From assembly GCA_964035545.1 (NCBI GenBank), contig OZ037765.1, positions 22,629,504-22,693,503 of the forward strand: DNA of 64,000 nt, given 5' to 3'. Positions 15,501 through 29,200 of the stretch are shown here, piece by piece (the stretch's first letter is position 1; every line of letters starts with the position of its first letter). Made by a program: the position numbers and the translations under genes. Origin of the DNA: Bugula neritina. Lineage: Eukaryota; Animalia; Bryozoa. The notes beneath the pieces were generated by a model, which ran no database searches, was not told where the DNA came from, and saw only the letters and a list, made by a program, of their open reading frames with translations.

Positions 15501-15957
15501 TACCAATAGTAATACTAATTATAATGGCAAGGGTTTAATAACAATAGTAATAGTGATAATTATACATAATACAAGAATAGTCACTAGTGGTACTTTTGAA
15601 TTAAACTAAAACATAAAGTTAAACTAATACTGTCAAACAGCTCAAACTGAAACTTCCAATTTTAAATTTAATGAACTACAGTGAGTACTTATTTGTTATT
15701 TGAATTGCTTATAGTTAAATTGTTAAAATACTGCTATTTCAGTTTTCAATAAAAAAATTGAAAAAAGAAGAAATACCATTAGGTAAAGGTGGGTACCGCT
15801 CCTCTACTTTATTGGTAATTTCAGCCCAAATTTTAGGTCTCGTAACTTTTGTATCCCTGTAATCAACATGAGCAGGATCATATAAGGCTGGATACTCTTT
15901 AACGAGAGAAATAAGTAGTTGAGTTCTTCCAGCGGTGTTATTTGAGAAATCTGTCAT
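12566..15957 (-). CDS. MADF (Myb/SANT-like) + BESS-like domain protein; complement(join(12566..13022,13749..13911,15777..15957)), ~266 aa
   Basis: Exon 1 LISLVKEYPALYDPAHVDYRD..KIWAEI and exon 2 (not in ORF track) CPERWRSLRDRF...WPYWENMQW form a MADF pattern. Exon 3 has a Ser/Pro linker and DEHYHFAMQLPPIFRQLSQLDSIRLKSRIMSLV (BESS-like). All junctions GT-AG with matching phases (1, 2); total 801 nt, no internal stop. Confidence 0.85.
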
Positions 15958-17492
15958 GCTTTTAATGTCATTAGACCTGGCTTAAAGTTAGTGAGCTTGA
16001 CATTTTAAAACTTTGCTTGCAACTTGGGCTTATAACATAATTTACGGGAAATGAGTTATTAATGCTATTAATGGAAAAGAGCGCTTCAAAGTTTCCTAGA
16101 ACGGAGCTGTGGCAATCAGGTAATAAAAGTTGTTTTCTCTTGCTTTAATTAATTGTTGAGAGGACAATCTTTAAAATAGACATCTCATTAAAATGGTATC
16201 AGGGAGCTTGCGTATTAATTTGTGTGCTGTGCAGCTGCTGTTGGAGGGTTTGTCCCCTTGTCAGCACAGAATATAGTACCATGGTCAACACTTTTGCAAT
16301 AGAAAAAACATATGTTTCTACTAAACCACATTTAAAAGGTGTGCATGTAAACTCAAGCCAAAGACCTCACGTAATTCTAGGAGCCCACCACAATGAGTTT
16401 ATGGTCATAGTTAGAGAGCCCTATATTCATATTATAATGTATTTTAGTTATAATCTACAGACTTCTTCAGGGTTGTATAATGTTCAAACAATTTTGTTTT
16501 ATAATAAACTTCGTGCTCATGCTGACTTGAAGTTTCTGTTGGGTTTTGAAGTACCCAATAATATCAAAACTACAGTCTTCAAGCCTTTAAGACTGCACTT
16601 GTTATATTACATAAGCTGCACTAGAATATCACAGCTTAAAAAATATTTGTATGCTAATTGTAGCTCTTTATAAACACCACCCTATAATCAACTAACCCAG
16701 CGACAAAATATTTTACCAGCTATGAAACATATATTACCGTATTTTATTATTCAGCTCGTAGGCTAATCAATATATAAGTTTTTACATGTTTTTCCCAGTT
16801 GAATGGTAATCATTTTATTATAAGCTCTCTAACGTATTCCTGCATTGTGGTTGGTTCACACTGTGAAACCTGATTTAAAATCTGCTGAGTATGAAAAGTC
16901 ATGTTTAGTCGCCTACATCTAGGTTATTGCTGAAGTGGGTAACAACTTCTCGACCCTCCAGATCACTGTGTTTTCAGTTTATCAGCTGCTATAAAGGAAA
17001 TTTGGCTTTATTATTAATAAAATGCTGCAGGAAATATTCTGTTTCTTAATAATCAAACCACCAATAATAGGCATCATAGCTGAACTCCAGTTAAGTTTTA
17101 TTTCTATTAGGAAAAGCTGGAATCTGAATACTAGAAAGCAACCTCAGTGCTTAACCAATCAATATGTAGTTGTCAATTTTTTTATTAGTTTGCAGTTTTA
17201 GTTGCTTTTCTTAGTATCATGTATTAAAATTTATAATAAATCTATTTCATTATACTATCACTTTGGTAATTAGGCCAAACAAAATATGAATTGTTTCACC
17301 TTGTGTGATTAGAGGTCTCACGATACAACTGTAACCTAACTGTTGAGAGCATGATTGACTACACCACTGATCAAAGCAAGTTAGTACTTAGTAGTATAAC
17401 AGAAGGTCTTCAACTTGCTAAGGGCTATATACTAGTATGGTGTTTCTGACTTGGTGAATACCAGGGCTAGGACTAGGACTAGCATCCAGACT

Positions 17493-17877
17493 GGCCTGGC
17501 TTCGGCTCGCGTGAATCACACAAAACTCGTGTGACGATTTTCGTGTGTTATCCTCTTGTTATGACCAGCCACACACTCGTCAGACGAAACACATAATAAA
17601 AGTCTGTGAATGAGTCTTGCACGACATACAAACAGCAGAAAATTGCCAAAAAAGATAAACGTGGTAGAAATAAAATAACTACTGTTGCTAAAATTATATT
17701 GACCAATCAAATGGTGCTTATAGTTAATTGCGATTTTTTTTTTTTTTGTCCATCGTCTTCGTTGGGTGCACCCAACGAAGACGATTTTGTTTAAATTCCC
17801 GCAAATTTGATTGTACGTTTGTGTTTTCGTGTCAAATAGATGGTTTTGTGTGATTCTCACGAGTGTGAGGCCAGGCC
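17493..17877. mobile_element. MITE, probably PIF/Harbinger-like
   Basis: Imperfect TIRs: left GGCCTGGCTTCGGCTCGCGTGAATCACACAAAAC; right (rev-comp) GGCCTGGCCTCACACTCGTGAGAATCACACAAAAC. Right flank TTA, left TSD not preserved. CpG-richer than surroundings; no coding capacity. Confidence 0.7.
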
Positions 17878-19181
17878 TTAAGACAGGACCAGTTACAGAG
17901 CTAGTACCAGAGTTAGTGCCCACTTATAAAATGCCATTTTCTTCTGCGAATGCAGACAAAATCTAAATAATTTGAATTATTGCCTAGACATGTATATTCA
18001 TTACTCAAATATTATGTAAGTGCAGTAATTGAAAAAGGTTCTGTTGTAGATGATAAATTAGCAAAAGCAGTTAAATGATCTTGTAAGAATTTCGTGAAGA
18101 TAAATGAAAAACATAGGCTAATAACTACCAAACAGATATTTTGGAAGTAGTCCTAATGGTTTATAGCTTTGTAGCCGTAGAACTAAGACTAAAGAAGAAA
18201 CTATCATCTGCCTGGAAGTTTGGCCAGCTTAAAAAGCTCAGGCTTCACAAGGAGTTTCAAGTAAAGCTAAATTAAAAGGAAGCAATAATCAATCTTAGTT
18301 CATTGTTACTGTCTTAAGCTATGTGAGTGTTAATATTTATAATTACAGTTATAAGCAAGTTTGTTTTTGACTATAACATATAAACACATTGTTGAGTGCT
18401 TACTATTACCGTTGCAGGTCTATAGTTGAGACACTGAACACAATGAATATATAAATAATTGTGAATTACAATAACAGAGAGTGCAGAGTTTAAACATCTG
18501 TTACATTTACACAAGGTAGTTATTTCAGAAAGTATTGTTTAAGAAATGTGTTATTATGGTATTATATGGTCATGTGGAGAATATTCTTGGTACCAGTCTT
18601 GGTCAGATTATAATTATAATAGTGGTGCAGCTCTTTAGTTCTTAAGCTGTGTTTAGCTAGACAACATCCTTTCTACCAACTCCTCTTCATAATAAAGCAG
18701 AACTCCTTCACCTTCAGCTATCCACAGAAAGGTATGCAAGCAATCTACTTCTTTATTCATCTTTTAAAATTGTTTTTATTTATTATTAATTAAGTTATTG
18801 CTGATTATAAGCTAGAAGCTATTGCAACTAATATTCACCTAGAGTACTAAAATTATTAATATAGCATTACTACTACTATTAGTTTCGGGCATTTCCAATG
18901 AACAAAAGTGTAAATATAACTATTAAAATAACCATATAGTTTATTACATGTTGATGTATACTAATACATATATATATTTTTTTTTTCTAATTTGCTTTTA
19001 CTCAACAATGATAACAAAATTAAATAAGAATTAGAAGTTCTACTTATATCTATCTGGTAATAAATTTAAAAATCTGAGTTTATGAATAACAGTGTCCTAT
19101 GCATTGTATTGTGTTATTTTATTTTTAGAAACCAACCTTCTGTTCAGAATTCAATTTATTACTCACATAGAACTAGATGAG

Positions 19182-20235
19182 ATGGAAAAATATACTTACA
19201 GTAAGTTGATTACTTACCACTTCTAGTTTTATTGTGAATAGCCTATCCATGCATATTGAATGTAATATTTATATATTGGTTATATGAATATTATCTTAAA
19301 TAATTAACATAAATAGATAAACAATTACTGCCTTCTATAAATAGTGAGCGTTTTTATTAATTGAAAATTGTGACAAATTATCAAAACTAATAACTAGTAG
19401 CATTCTACGCATGCTACTTTATGGACATACTGTACAGTATCTCTCCAAAGAAGCATCCAGTCAAATATAATTTTTGATTTAGAGGACATGTAGTACTTTA
19501 AACTTACAACTTGTGTTGATATTTGTGTTTAAATGTGTGCTGATAATTGCAATTCTATGAAGTAACTCATTGTGCAACTATGTTATTTTAGCTCAGCTTA
19601 AACTTTCAACTTGCAAGTTAAATGTTATTAGTAGGCAGACAACCCAACTTGCGAAAAGTGTCAACTAAATTAAAACTTCTCAAAAAACTACCTGCTATGG
19701 GATCACTAAATGTAGCAAAAAATTTGAGGTCACTAATTGTGCAGCGTTGGCATATGCAGTTTTTACTAACAATCTAGCTGGAAAGCCCTCCTGCAGTGAC
19801 CCCAAACTTTATGCTGCATTAAATAGATTCTCATCTGCATGGACGTTTTCTTTATTTGTTATTATAGACTCAGCTGCAGTCACTTCACCAAAGAATGGCC
19901 ATATCATAGAGGGCACAACTCCACTATTGGAAATGACTGAAGAGAATACAACTCCACAAGTGAAAAGTCCTGTAAAGAACATAACTCCACTAGTGAAAGG
20001 TTCTGTAGAGGACACAACTCCACAAGTGAGAGGTTCTGTAGAGGACACAACTCCACTGAATCCTGACTTGAGTGGAAAATCAAAGCAAGCGATCATAATT
20101 GCTGCAGTTACTGAAGAAATTGAGAGACACAAGAAAAACTATGAACAACAAAAAAATGCTGGCAGCCATACATTAGCGGCAGCAGAAGTTTTTGCTGCTT
20201 CAACTAAAATAGTGAAACAATTTCTCAAGGACTAA
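19182..20235 (+). CDS. Candidate orphan gene; join(19182..19200,19868..20235), ~128 aa with 11-aa TTP repeats
   Basis: GAGATGG start context, donor ACA|GTAAGT, polypyrimidine acceptor TTTATTTGTTATTATAG|, phases match (A|AC = Asn). Further splice-flanked segments upstream (18418-18515, 18657-18731, 19129-) do not join into one longer frame. No recognisable domain. Confidence 0.35.
19909..20057 (+). repeat. 33-bp tandem repeat, ~4.5 copies (encodes EDTTPQVRGSV-like units)
   Basis: Units start at 19909, 19942, 19975, 20008 and 20041; consensus GAGGACACAACTCCAC(A/T)AGTGA(A/G)AGGTTCTGTA. Confidence 0.9.
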
Positions 20236-23200
20236 CCACTATGTTATATAGTACTACTAGCTAAAGTAGCTATTATAACACATAGTACTACTAACTAGTA
20301 CTGTATTATATACATAGAGGAAAGCTTGGTCTGGTATAATAATATAACCTACTTGTACTGTGTTCGACTAAATAATTGATAACATCCAATAAGTTGAGTA
20401 TACCATCAACTACTAGTATTATACTGTGTGTAATGCACAGCATTATACTGTGTGTAATATACAGCATTATATACTATTATATATAGTGTAATATGTCATG
20501 TATGCACATTATAATACATGTTTATATATACTCTATACACTTCAATTTATCCCTTTAAAAGGAGTCATGTGCTCATTAAGTTAAGAGAACATTACTCCCC
20601 TTAAATTATTATGTTATTCATATTTTTGAGAACAAGCAACTTTTGTAAAGATACAGTATGCCTGCTATGCTGCTTAATGTTCTTATCGCGTGATCATATT
20701 AGGCTATAAATATGTTACAGCTGTACTGGCACATCATATTTAAACTATACATTAAGAATTTGTCATACCTATTTAATAGTACACCAATATGCTTAATCTT
20801 TCGGTCTTATTGATAAACGCTGTTACTTAGATGAGTCTTAGATCTTTCTGCTAACACTGTGTTAGTTACATTTCAACCTGAGCTCTGAATCATTTGTGGC
20901 TAAATTAAATTTTGATCGGAAGGTTTAAATATGATATTATAATACCAAACGTTAGCCAGCTAGCACTAATCCACTGTCTTCCTACAGTTGAAAGGTTTTG
21001 GCTGACCAGCTGCTTTAAGATGGGAGTTTTCCCTTTTTGACCTCTACTCGTTATCGCATGATTAAATCGCAGGTTTTCACATCAATAGGCAAACAAATTT
21101 ACTTGTTGATTGCCTATTTCAATCTCATGTACACTATATAGAGTATTCTTTAGCAACAATATTGGCAGCCATTTTGTTGCACATAAACAGGGTATACACT
21201 ACCAGCTGTATGTTTGACGGTCATTCAAATGAGAACTGCTGAGTGGTGCCACCCTTATGCTAGTATCACTCTATACTGATGGAACAGTAAAGCAGTCATC
21301 CAACTATAAAGCTACACCTAACTTTGTCAAGCTCAAGAAACTCACAGAGGTGTATAAACACTGAAGTGTTCACACAAAGCCAACAGTGCATGACTACTGC
21401 AAATTACTCCATTATTTGGTGAAAACCTTGCCAGCATTAATAATTGACTACTTAACTGTTCACGGGTCATAATAGAATGACTTCTCGTTTTATCTTTCTC
21501 AACTACATTTTAGAAAAATTAAAAATGTTTAACTGCTATATTTCATTACACCATCACTTTTTATTGATCTCAATTTAATACAATATTCAACAAAAACATA
21601 AATTATAATACAATACAATACAATAGGATACAATACCATCCAATGCAACAGTATTGATAATAAGTTACGCTACTATTTATGGTTTCCAAGAATTTCTTTT
21701 ATATATAGATTCTCTAAGCAAGACCATGAATACACGAAAGTTGAGAATATTAACAATAGTTTTTTATTATGCTAAAGAAATTATTAAAAGTGAGTATCTT
21801 TTTGTCCTATTTTGATCAAAACTTCTATTAGAATTGTTTGCTAATAACTTTTTACAAATTTTACTTTAATTGTTTGTTGTTAGTAAGATGTGCCGAGCAG
21901 CCGGTATATATTTTCTTGACGCAAAAAATATCTAACCAGACCTTGAGGCTGCAAGACTTTTGGCAGATAGCAAAGTATGCCAGAATACTTGTATTTTTGG
22001 TCGCCAAATACCTGCAAAAAATAAACAATGAAAGCACATTCTGCAACATTTATGTGCTGTATATTTATAAAGAATAACAACTGTTTTTGCTCACAAAATT
22101 CTTTCAAAGTAATCCTTTATCCATTAGACTTAATTTAAGTCCTAAAGCATGTCTAATATATATTTCAAATAAAGAACCACTATAGATTATATTATTTCCA
22201 TATAGGCCAAATACGTTTGTTGAATAAAACAAATGACTTGATTTTATTTTAAAAAGTTATTAAAAAAAGTTGCTATCAGAACAAGCATTATGATATATTT
22301 GCAACACCTGAAATTTATAGGTAGCTTAGTTGAGGTTGGGTTTATATTTCCATAAAATACAACTTTTTATAAAAGAAACTTGCATCCGCTAAGAACAACT
22401 GTATTTCCACGTGTATAGATACAATTACTTTGGGTTGCATATTTACATGTGCATACAAGGCCATATTTACCAGCTGCACTAAATACAGTTTCCAATTTTT
22501 CTTAAAATAAACTCCTTAAAAATTTTTACTAATTTGATTTGAAGTAAATGTTGAAATGTGTACACAACTTATTTGAGTTTTATGTAATGGTCTTTCCAAA
22601 TAATACATATATCTCAATTTCTTGCTTTATTAAAATTTTAGCATCTTACAAAAAGTAACTATGAACGAAGCAAATAAGCAGTTAAAATCTTTCGGCTGAG
22701 CTATCCAGCTAAAAATCTTTTAGTACAGAATTAGGTGTTAAAAGCATTTTTCAATTTTTGTGAAAGCTATGCAAATATTTATGCTCACTGAGCAACATGA
22801 AATGTATAATTTAATTGTAGCCTGAACTTTTTGCACCGACTATGAAAACAAATTAAATTACGGGCAGTTTTAATTTTAACCACTTAGTAGCTGTACATAT
22901 TTATAGCTAACGCTAACCACTTGAAGCCTGGGGAAATCTGGTTCTGTGGTGAGTTGAGTATAGCTGTACTGCAAAAAATAGCTTAAGCTTTAGGTTTAGC
23001 TTTAAATTTTTACTTGAATTTAAATTGATTTTGCAAAAAATAAGTTGGTATTAAATTCAGAAATTATAAAAAGCTTTAAATGTATTATCTATTTGTAATT
23101 TTTAAGTAACTGCAATTTCCTTTTTAATTAATAAAAATTAATATTCATTGGCAATTTTGCTCGTCTAACAGCTTAACGTGCTGATTTCAGAGATAGCTAT

Positions 23201-26200
23201 ATTATTTTGCAACCAGTTATTAAAATTATCATCCAATTTTGCTTTATGAGACTAGAAAAGTTGTCGATTACAAAATATTATTGAAAGTGGATATATGCAT
23301 TATATATTAAAAGTTTCTATAATGCAAACTATAGTTTACCCGAATTACTTAACATTAAGTACTAACCACTTCAAGGCTGGATAGAACACAATTAAAACTC
23401 TCACTACTAAAACTCTTCTCAATTAAATTTGTTTAATAGAGTGCCGAGTTTTTCCACCCATGCGTGTGTCAATCAGTCACAGCTGTTAACTCATCAAAGC
23501 CTTATATTAATGACACAGGTAGCATTTGCACAGCATTTCCTTTTTTAATACTAACAAAAAGGCCTATATGCTATATAGCAGCTATACACTATTTAAAGCC
23601 ATTTCAATGTATTCTGTTATGCTACTCAAGCTGCCATTGACATAGTATTTTTAAAAACAATATAATTAGCTAGACCTTTGATTATTGAACGATTGAAGTT
23701 ACAATAACTTCCAATTTCTAAGAACACTATTGAACTTCAGACTACTTCAGCTAACATTGTAAGCAGGAAGCATGCAACATTGTATATTTTATAAGATATA
23801 ATGTGCAATTGTCTCACTAAGTAGCAGCGTGTTAGTAAATATCCATAATCATTAGCAGCTGTATGGATTCCAATATTTTTGAATAGATGGCTTCTGATAT
23901 GACACTCTGGCCTATCTAGAAAGAATCTAATAGCTCACAAACACTATTCTCTTTCCTTGTAAATGCAGTTTATTTTAATTTACTATTTTACTGAAGGATA
24001 TTAATTCAGCAAGAGTCTTGCTTTAATTGTTTGTTTTACCAACTCCTATATAGCTGCAGGTCATAAAATTAAATCTTACTGGAGCAATCGTGCAATCTGT
24101 GGTGGCATAATAATTATTATCACTTTCACATTTTAATTTATGATAATTGTTGCCCTAACAAGGCTTTTATGATAAAAGAAAAAATACTAGACATGGGCTT
24201 TGCTGATAGCATAATGCTCATCATTAATTTTAATTTATGTCATGGCGTATTTATTTCAAACAAGTTAAGAGCTATAAGTTTTGGCATAGAAGATATTTTA
24301 GTTATATTACTATACAACTAATTAATCCCAGCTATCTTGTATCCATGGTAATAGATAACATTAGAAATAACATTAATTTGTAACACTGTCGTGTTATCTA
24401 AATCCGTCTATGCTTGTAGATTCGGAATGAGCTACAAGATCCTTGATTTAAGAAACAAACACTTTTTTCTCACCCTCTTTATGACTTGAACAGAAACATA
24501 TTCAAGGCCTGTAACAGGCTAATCCATTAACATTTCCAGTAAAATAGTATCAGAATCATTAGGCTTGGTAATGGGGTAATTTCGGTGAACTTAGCATTTG
24601 ATAGTTTAAAGATAACATTTGCTTCTTACGAAAACATTACATTATTTTCAGATGGAAAGAGCACTGGACAAGTTATTTTTTTAAATATTCCTCCATACCT
24701 TTACGGGAAGCTTGAGATGTATTCAAATTCAAAGCAAAATCTGAGGCAAAAAATGTAAAACATTTATTGTAATTAAAATATTTGATCTGTTAAATGAAAA
24801 AGCCTAATAAGTAATGAATGTTAACAAGTTATTATAATATTTATGCAAATACATATATAATATAACATCAGCCTAACCTATAGAGTAATTGTAGTGTCAA
24901 TAAAGCCAGTGATATTTTTTAATTCAGGCTTCACCACAATACATTATACTTATACATACATATGTATATATACACTGAATTAACTGCTCAGAAATAAAAA
25001 TAGATGTATTCAAATGTCTAATAATTGGAGCAGGAGTTTAATGTCAAAATGTTTAAATAATGATATGAGTTGTCTGCCCAATTATACTTGAAGGTATATT
25101 TCAATTTGAGACCAACTTATAATCATGTTCATAAAATTATAATTTTAACTTTTAAAACTGTCAATTATTTTTGTTAATACTAAATAACCTCACTTAAAAT
25201 TATTCATTTGCTTTTGACTAAAAAATCTTCCTTTAATATCTGTTCTTGCGTGTATTTTTCTTTACCGTTCAGCTCTTGTTGAAAAGCTACTGAAAAACAT
25301 CTAAGCATACAAATCTAATGAATAATAATTTGTCAATAATTGACTAATAATAATTATGCTTTAGCAGTCTGCCATCATTATTGTCAACCAAGTCCAGTGT
25401 AGGAACAGAGTAAAAATCATACATGATTGATCAGTATAGTGACCGGAAGAATTTTATTAGCGATAATCCTTTCAGAAAATACAGTGGCATGAGTATTATT
25501 AGATGACATATTCATTCATAATGGTCATTCTACAGGCTTAAATGGTCTTCAACAATAGCCATAATCTGTTACATACCATTATGTGGTGTTAATAGCAGCA
25601 CAGGTTGTGCTTAAATGATTATTCAAGACATATTACATCATATACCAAGTTATAGAAGTCACCATACTGTCTAGCTGTATGCACCATCTTGGCCTATGTT
25701 TGCTAATAATACTACTAATAGAATAATTGAATAGGAATCACAATCTACTAAAACAACAACATCCTTATCTTTTACTTATTATATAAACAACATTTGCTGC
25801 TCATTTACATATTTTCAAAGCCAGGATCTATGTACCATCAAATAGAAAAAATATGTGCTTCATTACTGATGGTAAGATGAATCAAATATTTGATCAAAGC
25901 AAAGTTTGAGAGCTGAAAGTATGGCACTTATATTTCTATACCATTATGTAACAATCGTAGCTATGACAACACTAATGAGTTTGTTTAGTCTTTGGGAAAT
26001 ATGTGTAAAATCTTACCTAATAAGCTATAGCTGCTAAGAAGAAAGTAAATTATGAATTTAAAACAACTAAGTTCATAGACCTATAAATAATGATAATAGA
26101 CATTCCCCTGAGAACTTTTCTATGTGTCACATTTACTTTAGAATATTTCTCTTCATCTAGTTGGCTGCCTAATGATTAATACCCGATTATACAATTTTCG

Positions 26201-29200
26201 CACCTTTGAAATGAAGTTTCTCTAATTGATAGGTTTATTCTCATGTGTTTAATTCTTGATTTTAGTATTTAAGAAACCTTCAATAGATAGTCCTTAACAA
26301 TAATTATTATTAATTTTATTGGTGCAACTTGCTTTATGTCATTAACTTTTTAATGCTAAATGTAACATATAATTATACTCAAATAATATGTCAAAACTAT
26401 AAATTTAAAAGTTTTAATACAAAAAAAGTCTATATAACATTTTGAATTTTTCTACTGGGTATTGAGAATATAATTATTTCAAAATTTTGTAGAAGTTTTT
26501 CTTTTTCATGCAGAGCGCAGAGATCAAAGGAGCCTTTGTGACAGGTCATTTGTTATTTTTGCATAAATTAAGTAGATGTTATAGCACAAAGTCTCATCTA
26601 ATGCAGTTAAATTACCGACTCTGCACAGACGATAGAGGTTGAAGCAAACTTTGTTGAAATACCTTGTCATCTTATTGCTACTTAAGCTTGTTCTTACCAA
26701 CTGTGTGATATTTCTACTATTTTAGTTTGCAATAAGAAAATTGAATTTACAAACGTGACAATCAAACATCTACAAAATTCTAAGATACATGCAAGTTACT
26801 GAATGCCTTTTAAACAAAGAAAACAGACATTTTTAATGTAAAAGTTTTGGTGACGCAAAACTTGGCAAGCAAGTCAATTTTGAAACAGAAAAATGCTTAT
26901 TGATAGAGTTTGGCATGACCAACAGTTGTACAGTTAAATTTTATTGCTGAATTGCAAGTTATAAAAGGTGCATATTGTTAGGCATGATATGTGGATTTGT
27001 TAAAAGCTCAACTTTCCTAATTTCTGCCAATACTTTGTTTTACCTTAAAGCAAAAACCGTTCTCAAACATCATTTTTTCCAGTTTTTGTAATGACTGACA
27101 CTTGAGTCTATTTCTAGCTGCTATTACACTAAAGGAGCCAAATTCTCCACTCCTTGCTACAGAGTAAGGCCAGCTGTAACTTTTGATGCAGGTTCAAAGG
27201 CATTGCCAATATTTAGACAGGAATTCACTAAGATTCTTTATTGCTCAACAAGTGCTTTGTACTAAAAGGTTATTTTCATTAAATGTCATTTTCATTTCTT
27301 TCATACCCAGAAACAACAGCAATTTGACCATAGACTAACATTAAAACTGTATAAAATGGCAGCATATCTTTGTGGTAAAATTTAACAAGTTAGGTGAATA
27401 GTTTGGTTAGCTACTGTGAATCACATAAAATATCCATCTGGTCTAAAAGCCACAGTCTGTTCTAACAGGAAAGTTGAAGAACACTGCAGCTTGGGAGCTA
27501 TGCATGTCGAAATAATATTATACTGAAAGCACATCTGGCATTTAAAATATTCCATATTAATTTACCATAATATGTTGAGTGGGCCAGTAACTTGATGAAT
27601 ACAAGGGTCAGTGGTTTCAGGATTCCTTTACAAATGATGCATATCACTTTTTGACATTACTTTGATGCCTGCTCCTACAACTCATCAAAACATCCATTTG
27701 CCTTACCTGACTATCAAAGCCGTAGCATCAATTTTCAAATTAAAAATGCATAGTTTGAGGTCAATAAGTAATTAGCATTTTTCAGAATTTAATTTTAGCT
27801 GTGAGGCAAATTTTAAAAGTATAGGGAAGTAGTATAGCTATATGCATAAAAAAGCATATCATCTAGTTTCAATGTTTTCCTGGAAAATGTATTCTCTAAA
27901 ATGCTTTAAGGGGTAACAGATAGACAAACTTCAACAAAATATGCCAACAGTTTTAATTCAGATGCACAGTTGCTAAATAACACTTGATATATGTAACAAG
28001 TGAATAATACAAGTTTAAGAGTAGAACAGATAAGGCAGCTAGGGTAAAGCTGTTATAGTTAGTAAGAAGCAGCTATGCCCAGGTACAAGCATGCGTACCT
28101 AGGTAGCAGGCTAATAGTAACTGTACAACTTTCATTTTGCTTTGAATAGTTACGATAGGCTATTTACATGGTTAATTAGATCAAAAAGCATATAAGAACT
28201 ACGAAAAATGCATTCAGTCAATTTTCTTTAATAACCAGTAAAATCCTTGTTCCTTGTATATATGAGTAATAATTTGACCGGCTATTAGATTACTGTTATT
28301 TTAATTAAAACAAAGAACCATAGTTTCAAAAGCATGGCTTACAATTTGCAGGTAAATTGTTTTAGACCTTGGAGTAACAAGAGTCAAATGCTAATGGATG
28401 TCCGAAATGCACACACCTCTTGTGTTGTATGAGTCAGGCTTGATCTCTCAAAAAGTTTAAATAATCAGAATAGGTGCAATGGCAGTCTTTTGGAATTCTG
28501 TAAAAACCAACAGCCACAGCGTAACCACAAGTTATTGCAACAGATAACTTTCATTGATATCTTATAACTAGAAATGATTTTTTAATCAGTTTATGTTATT
28601 GTACTCCAAGGCAGACCACATCTCACCAGCCAACTATCTGATAAGATGGTTTGTCACTGCACAGCCTATGATGAACAAAGAAAAGTACCTAAACGAACTA
28701 TGTAATATGTTTATACAGCTCGCATATATTCACACCTTTTACTAGTTTTTTTTAGAAATTTATGTTCGGTGCTAATATCAGAAGTATTTATTCTGGTAAA
28801 CTGCTTTTGTAAATAAATTGTTAGTGAATAAAATAAATTGGTTCTATAAAAGAGAGCGAAGCCGTGATTTTTCGTTGTTATATTAAATTCAATTTTCAAA
28901 ACTTACTAGTTTTATCTTTAAAAAACTGTTTCTAAGAGTACTGAATAATATATAGTATAATATATTTTCATTTTAAAGATTTATTCAAACTTTTCAAGTT
29001 AATCAAGCCAAGACCAATACTGATTTACAATATTATTGAAACATAATATATAAAGATATGATATAAAATATTGCATTCTCAAGTGCTAACCGGTTAATCT
29101 ATATCTTTCACTTCCCCTAATAGAAATAAGCATCTTGATGCATCCATTTTCGTAGAAAATAGTTGCCAAAACTATCTCTAATCCTAAACGTCTGCATGAA

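Noticed and set aside
16224-16673. 149-aa ORF upstream of the MADF gene, considered as a Harbinger transposase remnant
   Set aside because: GTG start, no DDE or other recognisable motif.
17516-17923. 135-aa and 62-aa ORFs
   Set aside because: Fall within the non-coding MITE; no transposase motifs.
24400-24440. CTTGTAGATTCGGAATGAGCTACAAG, mir-10-like short hairpin
   Set aside because: Stem only 7 bp and seed does not match; too short for a pre-miRNA.
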